Shown here: piece by piece, positions 1 through 10,190 of the stretch
Layout of the letters: each line of letters starts with the position of its first letter
Numbering within the stretch: the stretch's first letter is position 1
Program-made: the position numbers and the translations under genes
The notes under the pieces: generated by a model
Told to the model about the DNA's origin: nothing
Seen by the model: only the letters and a program-made list of their open reading frames with translations
The model's database searches: none
Assembly (NCBI GenBank): GCA_039815865.1
Contig: JBCBYM010000001.1
Coordinates: 3,933 to 67,932 of the forward strand
DNA: 64,000 bases
Reading direction: 5' to 3'
Origin: Pseudomonadota bacterium
Lineage (GTDB): Bacteria > Pseudomonadota > Alphaproteobacteria > Sphingomonadales > Sphingomonadaceae

Positions 1-1
1 C

Positions 2-1264
2 ACCAGCCTGTGTTCGCACGCCATGATGGAAGGCCACGTGCTTGAAGTGCCTGACGCCAGCCAGGACACGCGCTTTGCCGATTTCACCTCGGTGACGAGC
101 GAGAGGCACTTGCGCTTTTATGCGGGCGCGCCGCTGATCTCGACCGAAGGCGCGCCGCTGGGCGCCTTGTGCGTGACCGACACGGTGCCGCGCCCGCAAG
201 GCCTTACCCAGCTGCAGCGCGAAGGCCTGCTCGTCCTTGCTGACGCGGTGAAGCGCCGGCTGCTTGCCCACCGCCAGGCGGGCGAAGTTTCGGCCGCGAT
301 CCGTTCAAGCGCCGAGCGGTTGCAATTCATGATTGACAGCGTGCCCGATATCGCATGGTCCGCCGGGCCGGGCGCGCAGTTCGATTATGTCAACGCGCGC
401 TGGCGTAAGATTACGGGCCTGCCGACCCCTCGGCATGTCGAGGATTGGCGCGCGGCGATCCACCCCGATGAATTTGAGCGCACGCGGGCCAAGTTCATTG
501 ACGCGGTCCAGCGCGCGGTTCCGTTCGAGGATGAGTGGCGCATGCGTCAGGCCGATGGCAGCTTTCGCTGGGTGCTGAGCCGCGCGGTCCCTTCGACCGA
601 TGACCCCGAGACCGCGCGCTGGTTTGGCACACTGACCGATATTGACGATGCCTATCGTGTCTCGAAAGAGCGCGAATTGCTCGCGGGAGAGCTGGCGCAC
701 CGGATCAAGAACATCTTTTCGGTCATCATCGGCCTCATCTCGCTCCATGCGCGTGGGCAAGCCACGCACAAGGTCTTTGCCGATAGCCTGTCCGATACGA
801 TCCGGGCGCTCTCGCGCGCGCAGGAGTTCGCGCTTCAGATCGACCGCATTCAGGGCGAGGACCTCAAGGGCCTGCTCGAAGTGCTGATGGCGCCCTATGG
901 CGCTCCGGGAAGCGACGCGGTGCGGATCGAGGGGGAAAGCGTGCAATTCGGCCCGCGCGCGGCCACCCCGCTGGCGCTGGTGTTCCACGAAATGGCGACC
1001 AATTGTGCCAAGTATGGCGCGCTGAGCGTTGCTGGCGGCGCTGTCTCAATCACGCTTGAGCGTGGGGAAACCGACGCCGTCATCGCCTGGCACGAGACAG
1101 GTGGCCCGCAGACCCAGCCACCGCGTAGTGAAGGCTTTGGCTCGCGGCTGATGACCATGGCGATCACTCACCAATTGGGCGGCACGATGGAGCAGGAATG
1201 GCGCGCCGATGGCCTGAGCGCTGTGATAACGCTGCCGCTCAAACGCCTTGAGGCCGCTTCCTAA
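2..1264 (+). CDS. GAF-PAS-HWE family sensor histidine kinase (5' truncated by window edge)
   Basis: Frame is open from base 2 (TSLCSHAMM...). GAF-like FYAGAPL...LGALCV, PAS segment YVNARW...IHPDE...WRMRQADGSFRWV, HWE H-box ELAHRIKN, LALVFHEMATNCAKYGAL and WHETGGP. Confidence 0.9.
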   Translation, partial: TSLCSHAMMEGHVLEVPDASQDTRFADFTSVTSERHLRFYAGAPLISTEGAPLGALCVTDTVPRPQGLTQLQREGLLVLADAVKRRLLAHRQAGEVSAAIRSSAERLQFMIDSVPDIAWSAGPGAQFDYVNARWRKITGLPTPRHVEDWRAAIHPDEFERTRAKFIDAVQRAVPFEDEWRMRQADGSFRWVLSRAVPSTDDPETARWFGTLTDIDDAYRVSKERELLAGELAHRIKNIFSVIIGLISLHARGQATHKVFADSLSDTIRALSRAQEFALQIDRIQGEDLKGLLEVLMAPYGAPGSDAVRIEGESVQFGPRAATPLALVFHEMATNCAKYGALSVAGGAVSITLERGETDAVIAWHETGGPQTQPPRSEGFGSRLMTMAITHQLGGTMEQEWRADGLSAVITLPLKRLEAAS

Positions 1265-1270
1265 GGGGGG

Positions 1271-1786
1271 TTGGCGGGAAGCCATCGGCTCTCTAGGCTC
1301 AATCCCGCAATGCATGGGAAAGTTCTATTTCAGGCGGTGTCGGGGAGCATGGCCATTCTTCTGATAACCGGATGCTCGGCGGCCTCTTCGCCGGATGAGG
1401 CCGAGCCCGCGTCCGATCCCAGCTCACCCTCTGACGCCAGCGAACTCTCGGCTGAGAGCCTTGTCATGGCTGAAACCGCGTGGCTCTCGGTCAGCGAAGA
1501 GGGCGCGGTCTACACCACGTTTCTTGATCCCGATGGCCGCTACCGCGATCTGCGCGATGGCCAGATTGTGCACACCGGATCCTGGCAGCAAAACGCATCG
1601 AGCGAGCTTTGCTTTTCCCCCGACAACGGGACGGGAGCCTGCTGGGAGCATGGCTCGCCCGGCCTTGATGGCGTGATGCGCGCAACCAACCGCGCGGGCC
1701 GCTCGATCGAGGTCAAGCGCATCACCTACACTCCCCAAGCGGTTCCATCGCAGGCCGCCGAGGCCGCCCCAGGCTCTGAGCGATAA
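1271..1786 (+). CDS. hypothetical lipoprotein
   Basis: Hydrophobic stretch ending in LITGC lipobox, then Ser/Pro/Ala linker and a small beta-rich domain. Start codon uncertain. Confidence 0.65.
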   Translation: MAGSHRLSRLNPAMHGKVLFQAVSGSMAILLITGCSAASSPDEAEPASDPSSPSDASELSAESLVMAETAWLSVSEEGAVYTTFLDPDGRYRDLRDGQIVHTGSWQQNASSELCFSPDNGTGACWEHGSPGLDGVMRATNRAGRSIEVKRITYTPQAVPSQAAEAAPGSER

Positions 1787-1851
1787 GGCGGAGCGCGCAG
1801 ACATCTCAACACCATTTCCTGATCAATCCAGCCTCTGGAGGGCTTTCCACT

Positions 1852-2670
1852 ATGCACGCTGATGCGCTGCTGCAATTTGACGCGGCCGAGCGGCGCTATG
1901 GCTCACCCGGAGCCGACGGCGGCGAAGTGGTCGCGGTGGGCGGCGTCACGTGCCGTGTTGATCAGGGCTCGTTCGTCGCGCTGGTGGGCGCGTCGGGTTC
2001 GGGCAAATCAACGCTGCTCAAAATGGTCAACACGCTTGTGGAACCCTCAGCGGGCCGCGTGTTGTTTGGTGGTGAGGATGTGACCAACCTTAAACCCTCA
2101 GCCTTGCGCCGACGGGTCGGCTATGTGTTCCAGGGCGTCGGTCTTTTCCCGCATTTCAACGTGGCTGAGAACATTGCGATCGGGCCGCGCCTGGCCGGGG
2201 AAACGCTGGCCGCTGAGCGCATCGGTGAATTGCTGAGCCTCGTTGAACTTGAGCCTGAAATGGCAAGCCGCATGCCTGATGAATTGTCCGGCGGTCAGCG
2301 CCAGCGGGTTGGCGTGGCGCGCGCGCTGGCGGGCGATCCCGAGCTGCTCTTGATGGACGAACCGTTTGGCGCGCTCGATCCGGTCACGCGCGATGCGCTG
2401 GGTGAGCGGGTGCGCGAACTGCACGAAGAGCTGGGCCTCACCACCATAATGGTCACCCACGACATGGCTGAGGCCCTGCTGCTCGCTGACCGGGTGATGG
2501 TGATGGATACCGGACACCTTGTGGCCGATGAAACGCCAGCTTCGCTTTTGGCCGGCCATGGAGGTGACGCAGCGCAGAGCCTTGTCGCCGTACCGCGCGA
2601 TCAGGCGGCCAAGCTTGCCAAGATGGAGACATCCCTCACCCCGACAAGCAGCGCAGGGGATGGCGCATGA
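1852..2670 (+). CDS. osmoprotectant-type ABC transporter ATP-binding subunit (ProV/OpuBA-like, no CBS domains)
   Basis: Walker A GASGSGKS, LSGGQRQRVGVARAL, LLMDEPFGALDP, VTHD. Confidence 0.9.
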   Translation: MHADALLQFDAAERRYGSPGADGGEVVAVGGVTCRVDQGSFVALVGASGSGKSTLLKMVNTLVEPSAGRVLFGGEDVTNLKPSALRRRVGYVFQGVGLFPHFNVAENIAIGPRLAGETLAAERIGELLSLVELEPEMASRMPDELSGGQRQRVGVARALAGDPELLLMDEPFGALDPVTRDALGERVRELHEELGLTTIMVTHDMAEALLLADRVMVMDTGHLVADETPASLLAGHGGDAAQSLVAVPRDQAAKLAKMETSLTPTSSAGDGA

Positions 2671-4232
2671 GCGGGTTCTTCGAGATCCTCTGGACGCTGG
2701 GCGACAAGCTAACCGCGCATATTGTCCTGGCGGCCAGCGCTATTGCGTTAGGGCTTGTCGTGGCGCTTCCGCTTGCGGTCTGGGCCGCGCGCTCGCCCAA
2801 TGTGGCGCGCCTTTCACTAGGCTTTGCAAGCCTTGTTCAGACCATACCGGCGCTGGCGCTGCTGGCTTTGTTCTTTCCGATCCTTCTGTCCTTGCGCGCG
2901 GTCTTTGGCGAAGATCTGCCAACGCTTGGCTTCCTCCCCGCTTTGCTTGCGCTGGCGCTTTACGCGCTTTTGCCGATCCTGCGGAACGCGGTCACCGCGC
3001 AGGTTAACCTCGATCCAGGCGTGCTCGAAGCGGCGGACGGTGTGGGAATGACCGGATGGCAAAAGCTTATCCTTGTCGAAGCGCCATTGTCCGCGCCTTT
3101 CATCATGGCCGGCATCCGCACCGCCAGCGTGTGGACCATCGGCGCCGCGACCCTCTCGACCACGATTGGCCAGCCCAGTCTTGGCGATCCCATTTTCGCT
3201 GGCTTGCAGACGCAGAACTGGAACCTTGTGCTCGCTGGGTGTTTTGCCAGCGCCGCTTTGGCCTTGGTGGTGGACGCTCTTCTGGGCGTGATCGAGCGCG
3301 GATTGGCGCGGCGCAAGCGCTGGCAATACGGCGCCGGGCTTGGCGCGGTGGCTCTGGGCATTCTCGCGGCGGTCGTCGTGCAGTTCGGCGATGACTGGTT
3401 CGCGCCCGTGCGCGAGGAAGGTGATCTTGGCCCGATCTCTATCGGCTCCAAGCAGTTTTCCGAAAGCTACATCTTGTCCGAACTCATCGCGCAGCGCCTT
3501 CGCGATGCGGGCTTCGAAGTCGTCAAACGCACCGGGCTTGGCTCAGGCGTCCTCCATGGTTCGGTTGCGGCCTCCAGCGTTGACGTTTCGGTCGATTACA
3601 CCGGCACTGTGTGGACCAACGAATTGCGGCGCAGCGACAATCCGGGCCGCGACGCCGTGTTCGACACGATCGTCGAGTGGGAGCGTGAGAACACCGGGAT
3701 TCGGGTGCTTGGCAAGCTTGGTTTTGAGAACGCCTACGCCTTTGCCATGCGGCGCGATCGGGCCGCGGAGCTGGGCGTCACTTCGCTTGAGGACATTGCG
3801 CGCGTGGCCCCCCGCCTTACCGTCGGCGGGGATCCGGAGTTCTTTGAGCGCCCGGAATGGGTCTCGGTGCGCGACACATACGGGATCGAGTTCGGGCGCA
3901 CGCGCAATTTCTCGCCGACCTTCATGTTCAACGCGCTGCGTTCGGGCGAGGCAGACGCGATCAGCGCCTACAGCACCGATGGGCGGCTGGCCGCCGACAC
4001 CTATGTCCTGCTTGAAGACCCCCGCGAAGCGCTGCCCTCTTACGATGCGATGCTGATGCTAAGCCCGCGCGTAAGCCAGAACGCAGAGGTGATCGCCGCG
4101 CTTGAGCCGCTGATCGACGCGATCTCGCCCGAAGCGATGCGCGAGGCCAACTTCGCGGTGGACCGAGAGGACGAGGCTAAGATCTCGCCCAAGCAAGCCG
4201 CCGACCGACTGGCAGACACAATCGCGGATTAG
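2667..4232 (+). CDS. ABC permease fused to glycine betaine/choline-type substrate-binding domain
   Basis: N-terminal TM permease (QTIPALALL, EAADGVGMT) and C-terminal SBP (IGSKQFSES, DYTGT, FENAYAF, YSTDG). ATGA overlap with the ATPase gene. Confidence 0.88.
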   Translation: MSGFFEILWTLGDKLTAHIVLAASAIALGLVVALPLAVWAARSPNVARLSLGFASLVQTIPALALLALFFPILLSLRAVFGEDLPTLGFLPALLALALYALLPILRNAVTAQVNLDPGVLEAADGVGMTGWQKLILVEAPLSAPFIMAGIRTASVWTIGAATLSTTIGQPSLGDPIFAGLQTQNWNLVLAGCFASAALALVVDALLGVIERGLARRKRWQYGAGLGAVALGILAAVVVQFGDDWFAPVREEGDLGPISIGSKQFSESYILSELIAQRLRDAGFEVVKRTGLGSGVLHGSVAASSVDVSVDYTGTVWTNELRRSDNPGRDAVFDTIVEWERENTGIRVLGKLGFENAYAFAMRRDRAAELGVTSLEDIARVAPRLTVGGDPEFFERPEWVSVRDTYGIEFGRTRNFSPTFMFNALRSGEADAISAYSTDGRLAADTYVLLEDPREALPSYDAMLMLSPRVSQNAEVIAALEPLIDAISPEAMREANFAVDREDEAKISPKQAADRLADTIAD

Positions 4233-4253
4233 ATCAGAGGCCGACGCGCGGGA

Positions 4254-4700
4254 TTACTTGGCTTTCTTCCAGATCTGGGTCTGGCAAAAAAAGCTGATGC
4301 AGCCCTTCACTTCGATCGCGTTCGCGCCCTTGCGCCGCACAACCGAGCGATAGCTTTTACCTGTCTTGGGATCGTAAATTCGCCCGCGCCACAAGGTGTC
4401 TTCCTCGGCAAAGCCGGACAGCACGGCGAGACCTTTCAAACGGCGCTTTTTCTTGGCGGGATCGGGGTTGTAGATATCGCGCTGGTCCGGGCCATCGGGC
4501 GGGGGTACGAGAAACTCAGAGATGCGCCCACCGGTTGAGCTGCCGCAGGGGCCAATCGTGATCACTGCGTCGCGATCCTCTGTAATCCAGCGCCCGGCAA
4601 TCGGGTCTGCGGCGTTGGCGGCCGCGGGAAAAGCGCACACGGCGGCGACCACAAGCGCGGTACGGACCGCAGCGGGCGTTGGGGTCAGTCGGGCAATCAC
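4254..4700 (-). CDS. DUF2147 family exported protein
   Basis: Signal peptide, GRWITED, GRIYDPKTGKSY, KGCISFFCQTQIW. GTG at 4700 follows an AGGAG SD; the ORF track extends the frame to 4790. Confidence 0.8.
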   Translation of the reverse strand: MIARLTPTPAAVRTALVVAAVCAFPAAANAADPIAGRWITEDRDAVITIGPCGSSTGGRISEFLVPPPDGPDQRDIYNPDPAKKKRRLKGLAVLSGFAEEDTLWRGRIYDPKTGKSYRSVVRRKGANAIEVKGCISFFCQTQIWKKAK

Positions 4701-4776
4701 AGCAGGTCTCCTAGCGCGGGGTCTCTCACTCCAGAGCTTCGCATGTCGACAGCGCAAAGTTACACGCGGCGCGCGC

Positions 4777-7344
4777 TTATTCGAAGCCAAAGCCGATGGG
4801 CCAGCGGCGCCCGCACACGCCCAACACCTTGAACAAAGTGCCCATCTGATCGTCGCGCATCAGCCGGTCATATTGGCGCTGGACGACGTCAGACTGGTCC
4901 GGATCGCGGCGCTTGAGAGCTTCCATCCGGGTGTCGATCCCCATCTGGTGAAGCCATTCGCCCTGCATTTGCAGACCCATGACCTCTGCCCCGGCCTCCT
5001 CGGCGACCTGAGCCAACCGCTCAAAATCGACATGCGCCGTCAGATCCGCATCGCCCGGGAAGCGCAAGGGATCGACATGCGAATGGTCCATCAAGGCCTG
5101 CAGAGTTGAGCCTGAGCGCGCTTCAAGCGGGCCGTAATCGATGATGAGCGCCGCGCCGCCCTGCTTTTTGAGACGGGTTGCGATCTCCTCCATCACAGCG
5201 TTAGCGGCCGGACTGGTTTCGATCATCGTGCCTTGCGGCGCGTTCCGCCAGCTGGGCGGAACGAGCTGATCCATTGTCTCAGTCCCGGCGACGAACTGCA
5301 GGTTTTTGCCATCAAGCCCGATCATGCGTTCATGCCAGCCATTGGCCGAGCGAATGAGCTGCTTGATCGGGAGCGCGTCGAAGAATTCGTTGGCCACGAT
5401 CAGAAGCGGGCGATCCTCTGGCAAGGTCGAGAGATCATCGTGATGGACGACCTTGGGAAAGACCTCTTTCTGGATCGCGCGCAAGGCCGGCGAGGTTTCG
5501 ACAAAGTGCATCGTGGGATCGAATTCGTACCGGGTCGCTGTGCGCATCGCGTCGATGGTAAGCGTGCCCCGGCCTGGACCAAGCTCGACATAGTGGATGC
5601 GCTTTGAAGCGCCCATCTTGACCCACAGGTCGGCAAACCACAGCCCGATCAATTCGCCGAACATCTGGCTGACTTCGGGGGCGGTGATGAAGTCGCCCGA
5701 TTCGCCCAATGGATCGCGCGAGGCGTAATAGCGCGCGTTGGATTCGCCCATGAACTGCGAGAGACTGATCGGGCCAGCGCTGGGGATGAGGCGGCGATAG
5801 GCCTCGAGCAGATCAATATCGCCTCCGACCCCCGCCTTGGCGTCTTTCGGATCGGGGCCTTTCGCCGGAGCGCTTTTGGTCTTCGCTGAAGCCTTCTTTG
5901 TGTCGGCATCAGCCTTCTCAGCGTCCGCTTTCGCCTGCTCTTCTGCGGCGAGGCGTTCCTTCTCCTCGGCTTTTGCCTTGGCCTTCTCCTCGGCTTTTGC
6001 CTTGGCCTTCGCTTCAGCCGCTTCCTTAGCCTTGGCTTCAGCTTCCTTAGCCTTGGCTTCGGCTTCGGCTTTGGCTTTTCCGGCGGCGGCCTTCTCTTCC
6101 GCGGCCTTCTTCGCGGCGGCTTTCTTCGCGGCCGCTTCGGCCTGTTGGCGGGCCTTGCGGTCTTCTTCTTCCTGAGCCTTGCGTTCCTCTTCGGCCTTCT
6201 TTTTCGCTTCCTTGGCCGCCTTGGCTTCGGCTCTTGCTTTGGCGGCGGCCTCCTTCTTCGCTTTTTCTTCGGCGTCCGCCTTGGCCTTCGCTTCCGCCTC
6301 AAGGCGCGCTTGCTCTTCCGCCTCCGCCTTGGCCTGCGCCTCCGCTTCAAGGCGTGCTTGCTCTTCCGCCTCCGCCTTGGCCTGCGCCTCCGCTTCAAGG
6401 CGTGCTTGCTCTTCCGCCTCCGCCTTGGCCTGCGCCTCCGCCTCAAGACGCGCTTTCTCTTCGGCCTTGGCCTTGGCTTGTGCTGCGGCAGCCTTGCGCG
6501 CTTCTTCTTCAGCGCGCGCTTCTTCTTCTTCGCGGGCGCGCGCTTCGGCTTCGGCCTTTTCCTTGGCGAGGTGGCGCGCCCTAGCTCGCGCTTCAGCCTC
6601 GGCCTTCTTGAGCGCGTCGGCTTCCGCTTCCGCCTTCGCCTTTGCCTCCTTAGCAAGACGCGCTTCTTCCTCGGCCTCCTTGCGGGCGCGCTCCTCGGCC
6701 TCAAGCTTGGCCCTCTGGGCGGCGCTTGTGCCGCCGCGTGTGCGGCGTCCTCGGGCCGGAGCCGATCCGGCGTCCGATCCGCCAGAGCCAGAGCCAGAAC
6801 CAGAGCCAGCGCCAGCGCCAGAGCCGGTATCGACCGGGGCAATCCATCCCGGCGCGGCGCGGAACACCTCGGTTACGCGGCCATCCGCTTCGATCAAACG
6901 CAGGCTTCCTTTGCGGAAGGAAGACCCGCCACCTGCGCCCGGCCCCTGGCTTGAGCCGGCCCCTGAGCCGGTACCGGTGCCGGTACCGGTGCCCGAGCCA
7001 CCACCGCCGCCTCGGCCTGTGCCCGCGCGCCGCCCCATCGGCGCGCCGCGGCCTGATCCTCGCCCCTTGGAAGAGGCGGGCTTCTTGGCGATGACAGGCG
7101 CGTCTGGATCAAGCGGCTCATCGGCCAGGTCCGCTTCATCCCAGCCCTCCTCCAGAGCGGGATCAATATCGGGAACCTCGATGACGGTTCCGTCCGGTTC
7201 AATCAGCTTAAGCTGTTTGCGCCAGATTTTCTCGTCCGTTAGGCCGTCGCGGTCTGCGCCCCAGCGCCCGTCCCCACGGGCTTCCTCGTCACGGCGTAAA
7301 GCGTGACAATCAACCCAACCAGGATCAGCGGTAGTGTTAGCCAT
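4777..7344 (-). CDS. MidA/NDUFAF7-family SAM-dependent methyltransferase with long Gly/Ser and Ala/Glu/Lys-rich N-terminal extension
   Basis: C-terminal ~345 aa contain [63 protein letters not shown]. Position directly after lgt fits this family. True start uncertain (7344 ATG, 7239 ACG or 7038 ATG). Confidence 0.85.
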   Translation of the reverse strand: MANTTADPGWVDCHALRRDEEARGDGRWGADRDGLTDEKIWRKQLKLIEPDGTVIEVPDIDPALEEGWDEADLADEPLDPDAPVIAKKPASSKGRGSGRGAPMGRRAGTGRGGGGGSGTGTGTGTGSGAGSSQGPGAGGGSSFRKGSLRLIEADGRVTEVFRAAPGWIAPVDTGSGAGAGSGSGSGSGGSDAGSAPARGRRTRGGTSAAQRAKLEAEERARKEAEEEARLAKEAKAKAEAEADALKKAEAEARARARHLAKEKAEAEARAREEEEARAEEEARKAAAAQAKAKAEEKARLEAEAQAKAEAEEQARLEAEAQAKAEAEEQARLEAEAQAKAEAEEQARLEAEAKAKADAEEKAKKEAAAKARAEAKAAKEAKKKAEEERKAQEEEDRKARQQAEAAAKKAAAKKAAEEKAAAGKAKAEAEAKAKEAEAKAKEAAEAKAKAKAEEKAKAKAEEKERLAAEEQAKADAEKADADTKKASAKTKSAPAKGPDPKDAKAGVGGDIDLLEAYRRLIPSAGPISLSQFMGESNARYYASRDPLGESGDFITAPEVSQMFGELIGLWFADLWVKMGASKRIHYVELGPGRGTLTIDAMRTATRYEFDPTMHFVETSPALRAIQKEVFPKVVHHDDLSTLPEDRPLLIVANEFFDALPIKQLIRSANGWHERMIGLDGKNLQFVAGTETMDQLVPPSWRNAPQGTMIETSPAANAVMEEIATRLKKQGGAALIIDYGPLEARSGSTLQALMDHSHVDPLRFPGDADLTAHVDFERLAQVAEEAGAEVMGLQMQGEWLHQMGIDTRMEALKRRDPDQSDVVQRQYDRLMRDDQMGTLFKVLGVCGRRWPIGFGFE
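6271..6462 (-). repeat. four tandem 48-bp repeats encoding [16 protein letters not shown]
   Basis: Near-identical 48-nt units visible in the DNA and as 16-aa repeats in the translation. Confidence 0.9.
6781..6825 (-). repeat. hexanucleotide microsatellite (GCCAGA-like) encoding a GS/GA linker
   Basis: gccaga gccaga gccaga accaga gccagc gccagc gccaga. Confidence 0.8.
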
Positions 7345-8210
7345 TGCCCCATCGACAGTCCGGTTTGCGCCGCGAACTCCGACAATTGGCTGTCGGGTTC
7401 ACGGAAGAATTCATTCACAAAGCGCGCCAGCCCCATGCCGATGGTGAACACGCCGACCATCAGACCCGGGCGATAGCGCGCTTTGGTCTTCCAGAACAAG
7501 AGCATGAGGATGATGAGCAAAGCAAGCCCTTCAAGCCCTGCCTGGTACAATTGGCTGGGATGGCGCACCACTTCTCCGGCGTTGGGGAAGATCATGCCCC
7601 ACGCGACATCGGTCTGGCGTCCCCACAGCTCGCCGTTGTTAAAGTTCGCAAGCCGACCCAGCAGCATGCCCATCGGAACGTTGACCGCGATATAGTCGCA
7701 AACACGAAGGAAGGAGAGCCGCTCGCGCCACGACGTCCAGGCGATTGCGACAAGCACGCCGATCAGCCCGCCGTGAAAGCTCATCCCGCCGTCCCAGACG
7801 CGCAAGAGCTGCCAGGAGACAAATCCTTCGTCCGAAAAGGTGGTGAACGCGCTCGGAATATCAGAAGCGCCGCCGGTGTAGAACGCGGCGTAGCCCAGCC
7901 GTCCGCCCAGGATCACGCCCAGCGTGCAATAAAAGAACAGATCATCCGCGTGCCGCTGCGCAAGCGGAGCGGCCGGTTGCTTGATCATGCGCGAGAGGTG
8001 CCAATAAGCAAACAGCACGCCCAGCAGATAAGCCAGCGAATAAAATCGCAGTACAAACCCACCGGGCAGCGGAATGCCCGGCTTAAGGCCCAGGTCAGAC
8101 CAGTAAATGGGATCGGCGGCCCCAGCCGCCCCAGCGGCTCCGATGGCCGCGTTAGCGAGAGAGGATAGAAAAACACCGATCGGTGCGCTCTCAGCAAGTA
8201 GTGACAGCAC
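7239..8210 (-). CDS. lgt: prolipoprotein diacylglyceryl transferase
   Basis: [63 protein letters not shown]. Confidence 0.95.
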   Translation of the reverse strand: MLSLLAESAPIGVFLSSLANAAIGAAGAAGAADPIYWSDLGLKPGIPLPGGFVLRFYSLAYLLGVLFAYWHLSRMIKQPAAPLAQRHADDLFFYCTLGVILGGRLGYAAFYTGGASDIPSAFTTFSDEGFVSWQLLRVWDGGMSFHGGLIGVLVAIAWTSWRERLSFLRVCDYIAVNVPMGMLLGRLANFNNGELWGRQTDVAWGMIFPNAGEVVRHPSQLYQAGLEGLALLIILMLLFWKTKARYRPGLMVGVFTIGMGLARFVNEFFREPDSQLSEFAAQTGLSMGQWLTLPLILVGLIVTLYAVTRKPVGTGAGAQTATA

Positions 8211-8432
8211 GATGCGAACCTCTTAAGAGTGATTATCAGCCGGGCGGCTCTTCTGCCGCGCGTCTTTGGCACACGAAGCGGTCCGGGGAAAGTGCCCCGC
8301 GAAGAAGGTCTTGGCAACAGGGCTTTAGACAAGGCCGCACGGGCGCCGAGAGAGAACACACAAGACGCCTTGAACCCCGACAGGGGCGTTTGGCTGAAAA
8401 ACACACTGGGATTGAGAAGAGAGAGGACACAC

Positions 8433-10157
8433 ATGCGCACCGAGCTGGACAACGCGCTGGACAATCTGATTGCGGCGATCACGGCACAAGGCCAACCGTT
8501 TGCAACCGTTCCGTTTGAGCGCAATGGCGTCGAGATGCCGGCCTTCGTTGGCGCACCTCCCACCCTCGCTCATTACTTTGCCCATTACTGCAACGATGAG
8601 CACAAGGATAAGATCTTCCTTGTCGACGGCGACACCCGCCTGACGTTCAGCGAAACCTACGCGGCCGCTGTGTGCGTGGCCGAGGGCCTTGTTGCAAAGC
8701 ATGGCGTTGAAAAAGGCGACCGCGTCGGAATTGCCGCGCGCAACTCGGCCAATTGGATGATCCTGCAGCTGGCGATCCTGATGGCGGGCGGCTGCGCGAC
8801 CCTGGTCAACGGCTTCTGGTCGGGCGAAGAGCTCGCCTACGGGATCAGACTGGCCGAGTGCAAACTGGTCCTGGCCGATGCCGGACGCGCAAAGCGTCTG
8901 GAAGGCCTCGATCACAGCGCCAAGATCGTGCTTTTTGATCACGGCGGCGCGCCGTCCGAAGGTCTCGCCAATGTTTGGACCGTGCCAGCTCAGGGGGAGC
9001 CCTCCGTGGCGCAGAAGATGCTGGCAGAGCTGGGCCCCGATGACCTGGCGACGATCCTCTACACGTCGGGTTCAACCGGCAACTCCAAGGGCGCCTATTC
9101 CGATCACCGCGGCGTCGTTCACGGTGTGATGAGCTATGTCGCGCAAAGCGCGATGGCCAAGGCGCATCTGGAAAGCCAAGGCGAGGATGTATCGGCTCAG
9201 CCCTGCGCGCTGGTGGCGGTTCCGCTGTTCCACGTGACCGGTGAAGTTCCGCTCTTCCTGCAGAGCATGGCCATCGGTCGCAAGCTGGTTCTGATGCCCA
9301 AGTGGAGCGCTGAAGAAGCCATGCGCCTCATGGAAGCCGAAGGCGTGACCTACTTTGTCGGTGTGCCGCTGATGAGCTATGAGATCGCCAGTCATCCGGA
9401 CCGCGCGAAATACGACCTGTCCGCGTGCAAGAGCTTTGCCGCCGGCGGCGCGCCGCGTCCGCCCGAGCACGTCACCAAGATCAAGGAAAGCTTCCCCGGC
9501 GGCTTCCCCCTGCTGGGCTATGGCCTGACCGAAACCAACGCGGTGGGTTGCGGCAATTTCAACGAGAACTATCTCGCCAAGCCCGGCTCAACCGGCACAG
9601 CGTCCAAACCGATCTGCGACCTCGCCATCCTGGACGATGATGGCAACACGCTGCCGCAAGGCGAAATTGGCGAGGTGTGCATCCGCACGATCGCGAACTT
9701 CCTGGGCTATTGGAAGAACGAGGAAGCCACGCAGAAAGCCTTCACCAAGGACATGTATTTCCGCACGGGTGACCTCGGCTATCTTGATGAGGACGACTAC
9801 CTCTTCATCGTCGACCGCAAGAAGGACATCATCATCCGCGGCGGTGAGAACATCTCGTGCATCGAAGTGGAGGACGCGATTTACGCCCATGACGATATCG
9901 GCGAATGCTCGGTCTTTGGGCTTCCGGATGAACGGATGGGCGAAGTGCCAGCCTCGGTGATCCTGACCAAGGACGGAAGCGAGACGGTGTCGGCAGCGGC
10001 TATGCGCGAATACCTGCTTGCGCATATCGCGCCCTTCAAGGTTCCGCTCGAAGAGCATATCTTCGTAGTCCATGAAACGCTTCCCCGCCTTGGCACTCAG
10101 AAGGTCGACAAAAAGACCCTTCGCGAGCAGTACACAAAGCGGCTCGCCGCGGCGTGA
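8433..10157 (+). CDS. class I adenylate-forming enzyme (acyl-CoA synthetase family)
   Basis: YTSGSTGNSKG, GYGLTETN, FRTGDLG, DRKKDIIIRGGENI. ATG at 8433 follows a GAGAGG SD. Confidence 0.9.
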   Translation: MRTELDNALDNLIAAITAQGQPFATVPFERNGVEMPAFVGAPPTLAHYFAHYCNDEHKDKIFLVDGDTRLTFSETYAAAVCVAEGLVAKHGVEKGDRVGIAARNSANWMILQLAILMAGGCATLVNGFWSGEELAYGIRLAECKLVLADAGRAKRLEGLDHSAKIVLFDHGGAPSEGLANVWTVPAQGEPSVAQKMLAELGPDDLATILYTSGSTGNSKGAYSDHRGVVHGVMSYVAQSAMAKAHLESQGEDVSAQPCALVAVPLFHVTGEVPLFLQSMAIGRKLVLMPKWSAEEAMRLMEAEGVTYFVGVPLMSYEIASHPDRAKYDLSACKSFAAGGAPRPPEHVTKIKESFPGGFPLLGYGLTETNAVGCGNFNENYLAKPGSTGTASKPICDLAILDDDGNTLPQGEIGEVCIRTIANFLGYWKNEEATQKAFTKDMYFRTGDLGYLDEDDYLFIVDRKKDIIIRGGENISCIEVEDAIYAHDDIGECSVFGLPDERMGEVPASVILTKDGSETVSAAAMREYLLAHIAPFKVPLEEHIFVVHETLPRLGTQKVDKKTLREQYTKRLAAA

Positions 10158-10190
10158 GTGGGTGACCCTATCGCACAAGGGAGAGGCGGC

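Noticed and set aside
320-660. LOV photoreceptor in the HWE kinase
   Set aside because: The visible PAS domain lacks the GxNCRFLQ motif. The truncated 5' part cannot be judged.
5649-7306. Long alternative ORFs (5649-6842 -, 5837-6175 +, 6145-6954 +, 6179-7306 +) over the methyltransferase arm
   Set aside because: Shadow frames of a low-complexity GC-rich repeat. Their translations are poly-Arg or poly-Ala/Ser with no motifs.
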